This document shows positions 59,569 to 64,000 of a stretch of 64,000 nucleotides of DNA, piece after piece; positions within the stretch are counted from its first letter, which is position 1, and each line of letters begins with the position of its first letter. The position numbers and the translations under genes are program-made. The notes beneath the pieces were generated by a model, which was given only the letters and a program-made list of their open reading frames with translations, was not told the DNA's origin and searched no databases. Origin of the DNA: an uncultured Puniceicoccaceae bacterium (GTDB lineage Bacteria > Verrucomicrobiota > Verrucomicrobiia > Opitutales > Oceanipulchritudinaceae); contig CAWVVV010000001.1 in assembly GCA_963933835.1 (NCBI GenBank), forward strand, positions 128,001-192,000. The letters are read 5' to 3'.

Positions 59569-61836
59569 CTATTCCCCAACGAGCGGAGAAAACGGTCCAA
59601 GGTCGCCCTCCAGCTGGTAGTATGCAGGGGACGCTGATACGTCCTCAGGGGTGTAATAAATTGACTCACCCGTTCCTTCGACGCGCGAAACCGTCTCCCA
59701 AGTGACAAAATCTGTCGTCTCTGTAAGGGTGTAATATTGGTCCTTTTGACTGGAGAATACGAACGAGGTAGCGCCCTCTCGCAAGAGGCTCTCAAGGATC
59801 GGTTGCGCCTCAGCGAGATCGAAGAGAAAGACCTCTCCCGGATCAAAATTCCCTGTCCCCGAAGTCGATTCAATCGAAAATGCCGAGCTTCCGGTGATGG
59901 CGAGAGCACTTGTGGACTGCACTGTCTGGCTCGTATTACGAAATGAAATCGTGAGGACCTTCGTTACCCCATCCTGAGAAAGTGTCCCAAAATCAACCAT
60001 ACCTTCTGAGGAAGCTTCAAAGGCCGTCGATTCTGGCGGCAGAAAATCGATCCCGCGGACAATGATCAGATTGCCCACATCAGCAGGCAAACCACCCAAG
60101 CCGTCGCCCACCATTTCATTAACGATAAGATCAGGCACCCCATCGCCATCGATATCGCCCGAGGCTGCACTGTAGCACAGCGTATCCCCAGTGTTTCCAC
60201 CCACTGTTCCAAGCGCCCCCGCGAGCTGGGCGAGGCGCAGCTCATCCGAAGGCGGTAGATTTGCAGGCAGCAAATCGATCGCGTCGGGCCATCCGCCCGC
60301 ACGTCCGTATAGAATGCTGACGCTGCCGGCGCTAGTGCGCGTCAGGCCTTTTACGATGGGATTGTCATGGGGGTTACCGATCGCCAAATCCGCAAACCCA
60401 TCGGTATCGAAATCACCGTGCAGAACCGTATCTGAGCTTATCGCTCCTCTCACCGGTCCTTGAATGCGCGTCAGCCGCACCGCGTCCGGAGCATCGTCGA
60501 TCGAAAAATCCAACCCTCTCAAAAGTCATGCCGCGTAGAACACATAGCCTTCGCCTGCCGATGAACGCGCCAAAGGCGAGGCAACGAGGTCACCGGCGAA
60601 AAACTCGGGCAGTCCATCGCCATCGTAGTCTAAACCACCGATCAGTTCTTCTCCAAAGGAGCGATTGGCAGAGCCGCCATCAATCCGCGTATAGTCGCCT
60701 GGGGCCGAAGCATCGACTGATAGAGCGTAGCCCTCGGGCCACAGAGTGGGCGGAAAATTCTCGTCCCAAAGAATGAATACCGTGCCGTCAATACTGCCTC
60801 CCCTTGCCTCGCCTGTGCCTGACGGAGCACTGGGTAAGCGAATACCGGCACCCGCCCGATTAAGTGTTGCCGCGATAAGAATCTCGGCGCGCCCGTTGGG
60901 GTCCAAATCAGCGACCTGAACGGTTCCTCCGAAATGGTAATCGGCCGAATCCAACGGCGGCGTGATCCGCGCGACGTGTCCTTTTAGCACATCAGGAAAT
61001 GATGCGGTTCCAAATTCGAAGAGGTCAGCCAGTGGTATCGATACATTTGCCAAATGCCCGCCGCCCCGAATCACATAGCAGGCTCCACTGTTATTCGTAA
61101 TCGAAGTCCCAGGCGCGCCTTCTTCATCTGTTCCGACGAGAATGTCTGCCACTCCATCGCCCGTGATGTCGCCCGTTCGCATCCAGATCCCAAGGCGATC
61201 ATAGCTTTGTGGCCCCACGAAGGTCAGCGTCGAGATGAGCGGCGGCACATCCGATAAATCGAGGTAGTTCTGCTCTGAGCCCGTATTTAACGCAGTGAGA
61301 TCGCGAAGGCCTGCCGAACCGAAAACAATCGTTAGCCCACCCGCCCCGGGTCTAGCTGGGTTGGCTGTCGGGTGAGAAAAATTCTGGCGCGCGATGAGTA
61401 AGTCCCCAAAGCCGTCCCCGTTGACATCATCCATCCAGATCTCACTGCCCGTCGACTCCGAAGGCAGGGCTCCCGCGATATGCAAAATATCCGTGCGCGG
61501 AGCAGCGGCATCTTTCTCGATGGGCTGAACTGAGCCGCCGCCAAGATCATCCACGACGCGGCCATCGCCGAAAACAAGCGTGACGATTCCAGCGCCAGCT
61601 CGTCCAAGCGGATCGCCGAGGAACTGAGCGAACGCAGTGTCCTTGTAGCCATCGCCATCGACATCGAATCCACCACAGACAGGCACGCCAAAACGACCAT
61701 CATCAGTGTTCCCGTGCCCATAGACTCGCGTGAACGCTTTCCCCTCAGGTGGGTCCGCTAAGTCAATAACAAGCGCCTGCGCCGCCAAGCCGACAGCGAG
61801 GACACCTAAACTGAGAGCACTAAGGAGCGTTTTCAT
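59569..61836 (-). pseudogene. Secreted FG-GAP (integrin alpha-like) repeat protein interrupted by an in-frame TGA at 60526-60528
   Basis: Signal peptide MKTLLSALSLGVLAVGLAAQA; repeated DxDGDGxxD motifs in both halves; ORFs 60526-61848 and 59569-60522 are in the same frame (VFYAA*LLRGLDFSID). Confidence 0.85.
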
Positions 61837-61892
61837 GCAGACTGCCATTGATAGCGCAGAACAGAGCCCCCCACAAGCTCAGGTGACAGAGT

Positions 61893-62378
61893 CTAGGCCC
61901 CCAGAGCCGCTTTGATCTCGTCAAATGGCGGCAAAACAGAAGGCACATCACTCGACCAAGCGTAGGTCACCGTGCCGGACTCATCGACGATGAAGGCACT
62001 GCGTTTCGCCACGCCCTTGAAACTCAGTGCACCGGGAACGAAATCCGCATCCAGAATACCGTAGGCTGTGCTCACTTCTTTGTTAAAGTCACTCAGGAGG
62101 GGAATCGTGATGCCGGCCGACTTCGCAAATGCTTCTTGAGCAAATGGGCTATCCACACTGATGCCGTAAACGACCGCATTGAGTCCGGTGTAGTCGGATA
62201 GACCACCACTCACGGTGCACAGCTCTTCCTCACATGTGCCGGTGAAAGCGAGTGGGAAAAAGAGGAGTAAAGTCTTTTGCTTGCCCGCAGAATCAGCGAG
62301 CGAGATTTCATTAAGTCCATCTGCTGTCTTGGACTTAAGCGTGAAAGCGGGGGCGGTGGTTCCTGTTGAAATTGCCAT
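61893..62378 (-). CDS. Peroxiredoxin (AhpC/TSA family, AhpE/BCP-like)
   Basis: FFPLAFTGTCEEELC (PxxxTxxC), GISVDS, LLSDFN, RSAFIVD. Confidence 0.9.
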   Translation of the reverse strand: MAISTGTTAPAFTLKSKTADGLNEISLADSAGKQKTLLLFFPLAFTGTCEEELCTVSGGLSDYTGLNAVVYGISVDSPFAQEAFAKSAGITIPLLSDFNKEVSTAYGILDADFVPGALSFKGVAKRSAFIVDESGTVTYAWSSDVPSVLPPFDEIKAALGA

Positions 62379-62640
62379 AACTCAACAATTAGGAGAGTCA
62401 GAAGAGTTTGCGCAACTCCTTCTCTCACAATCCCACACAATCCCACCCCTACTCCCAGCCTTACTCTCAATCCCAATCTTCATCCTACTCCACACCCCAC
62501 ACCCAACCTGCCGTAAACGAGAACAAAAATTTGGATTAGAATTACGGCTGGATTTAGGAGTATAAGGAGGACAATGAGTAGCCATTCACACTTCTGGGCT
62601 TGAAATACCTCCGCGCCCGTTCTGCCATGCACTCACTCCC

Positions 62641-63822
62641 ATGGACTCACTTGCCATCCTGAAACAAAACACGATCGACCTTCACACCGAAGCCGACCTC
62701 AAAACAAAACTCTCAAGTGGTCGCCCTCTGCGGATCAAGCTCGGTGTCGATCCGACACGCCCCGATCTCACTTTTGGTCACATGGTGGTGTTTAATAAGC
62801 TGCGCCAATTTCAGGACCTTGGGCACGAAGCCATCCTCATCATCGGAGACTTCACTACCCTGATCGGAGATCCGAGTGGCCGTTCGAGCACACGCCCCGT
62901 TCTGACCAAAGACGAAATTCAATCGAACGCAGAGACATACATCGAACAGGCCTACAAAATCCTCGACCGCTCCAAAACAACCGTTCGCTACAACAGTGAA
63001 TGGTTCGACAGGATGGGCTTCGAAGACTGCCTTCAACTAGCGCGAAAAATGACTGTCGCCCGCATGCTTGAGCGCGACGACTTCGCAAAGCGATACGAGT
63101 CTCAAACCCCCATCTCGATCATCGAGTTTCTATATCCTCTTGTTCAGGGTCAGGACTCCGTCGAGATCGAAGCCGACGTCGAAATTGGCGGAAGCGATCA
63201 ACTCTTTAACTGCCTCGTCGGAAGGCAGCTTCAACGTGATGCGGGGCAAGAAGAACAAGTCGTCCTTACCCTTCCTCTCCTTGTCGGAACCGACGGCACA
63301 AAGAAGATGTCCAAGAGTCAGGACAACTACATCGCCTTCAACGACAGCCCGAAAGACATGTTCGGAAAGATCATGTCGATCAGCGACGAGGTGATGTGGG
63401 ACTACTACAGGTTACTTCTCCTGAAAACAGAAGATGAGATCACTGGCTTCAAGGCGGAGCATCCAATGAAGATGAAGAAGCAACTCGCCTCAGAATTAAC
63501 CGAAAAGATCCATGGCGAGGGCCGCGGCACCCATGAGTTGGAACAATTCGAAAAAGTGTTCTCTCAAGGCAAGCGCCCCGATGAAATGCCAAGCTTCAAA
63601 TGGAGCACCCTCGCCGAAGGCGATACTCAAACGCTCCTGAATATCCTCGGTTCGACCAATCTCTTTCCCTCCAAAAAGGAAGCCAAGCGCCTCATCCAAC
63701 AAGGTTCGATCAAGATCAATGACGAGAAAGTCACTGACCCGATGACGGCAATAGAGGCACCTGGCGACGAGGGCACGGTCATCCAAGCAGGCAAACGAAT
63801 CTTCTTCAGAATCGAAAGCTAG
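62641..63822 (+). CDS. tyrS: Tyrosine--tRNA ligase
   Basis: GVDPTRPDLTFGH, IGDPSG, GGSDQLFN, KMSKS, C-terminal S4-like domain. Confidence 0.96.
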   Translation: MDSLAILKQNTIDLHTEADLKTKLSSGRPLRIKLGVDPTRPDLTFGHMVVFNKLRQFQDLGHEAILIIGDFTTLIGDPSGRSSTRPVLTKDEIQSNAETYIEQAYKILDRSKTTVRYNSEWFDRMGFEDCLQLARKMTVARMLERDDFAKRYESQTPISIIEFLYPLVQGQDSVEIEADVEIGGSDQLFNCLVGRQLQRDAGQEEQVVLTLPLLVGTDGTKKMSKSQDNYIAFNDSPKDMFGKIMSISDEVMWDYYRLLLLKTEDEITGFKAEHPMKMKKQLASELTEKIHGEGRGTHELEQFEKVFSQGKRPDEMPSFKWSTLAEGDTQTLLNILGSTNLFPSKKEAKRLIQQGSIKINDEKVTDPMTAIEAPGDEGTVIQAGKRIFFRIES

Positions 63823-63872
63823 GGCTTAGAGCGAAGTATCGGGAATTCTGATACACTTTTGTTACAATTAGA

Positions 63873-63894
63873 AAAGAGCTCTGACTCTTTTTTT
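63873..63894 (+). terminator. Possible weak terminator after tyrS
   Basis: aaagag-ctctga-ctcttttttt. Confidence 0.4.
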
Positions 63895-64000
63895 ACGCGC
63901 GACGGGTGAGTCTATACAGAGATCGCTACTCGCTTCGAGTAAAGCTACTAGCTCGCTATGTGCTAATTACTTAGCGCCGACTCCCATTCCCAATGAACGG

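Noticed and set aside
60526..60528. TGA as selenocysteine or a recoded Trp/Gly
   Set aside because: Not a redox Cys position, no obvious SECIS-like hairpin, and TGA is a normal stop for other genes here.
62379..62640. T-box leader for tyrS
   Set aside because: No GGTGGNACC antiterminator motif or leader terminator seen.

Overview
Chromosomal bacterial window. The lineage is probably Verrucomicrobiota (Opitutales-like); this is inferred from protein styles and C-terminal motifs, not from a search. It is mostly housekeeping: hisG(partial)-hisE, pgi, priA, mdh, lpxK, topB, yajC-secDF-recJ, rpsB-tsf, dgt, aroQ, rplM-rpsI-argCJBDFG, trpB, acnB, tyrS and three tRNAs (Lys-TTT, Gly-CCC, Leu-CAA). 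Small accessory inserts are scattered between them. I saw no CRISPR array, integrase, transposase, reverse transcriptase or prophage. Most notable observations: (1) a Fur-fold regulator that has lost its canonical His/Cys metal ligands, with a 7-4-7 palindrome at its start codon, heading a TPR/SulP unit; (2) three unrelated secreted proteins (LRR, beta-propeller, FG-GAP) ending in aromatic-rich C-terminal modules that may be uncharacterised sorting/anchoring signals; (3) an AT-rich beta-propeller gene lying between the nif3 3' end and a decayed second copy of it; (4) single lesions confined to envelope genes (G6 frameshift in a rhomboid, frameshift in the beta-propeller, in-frame TGA in the FG-GAP gene); (5) two REPIN-like palindromic repeat families; (6) a signal-peptide-bearing SAM hydrolase co-transcribed with two TM2 proteins; (7) an actinobacterial-type hisE-hisG pair. 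All family assignments come from motif recognition only; no searches were run.
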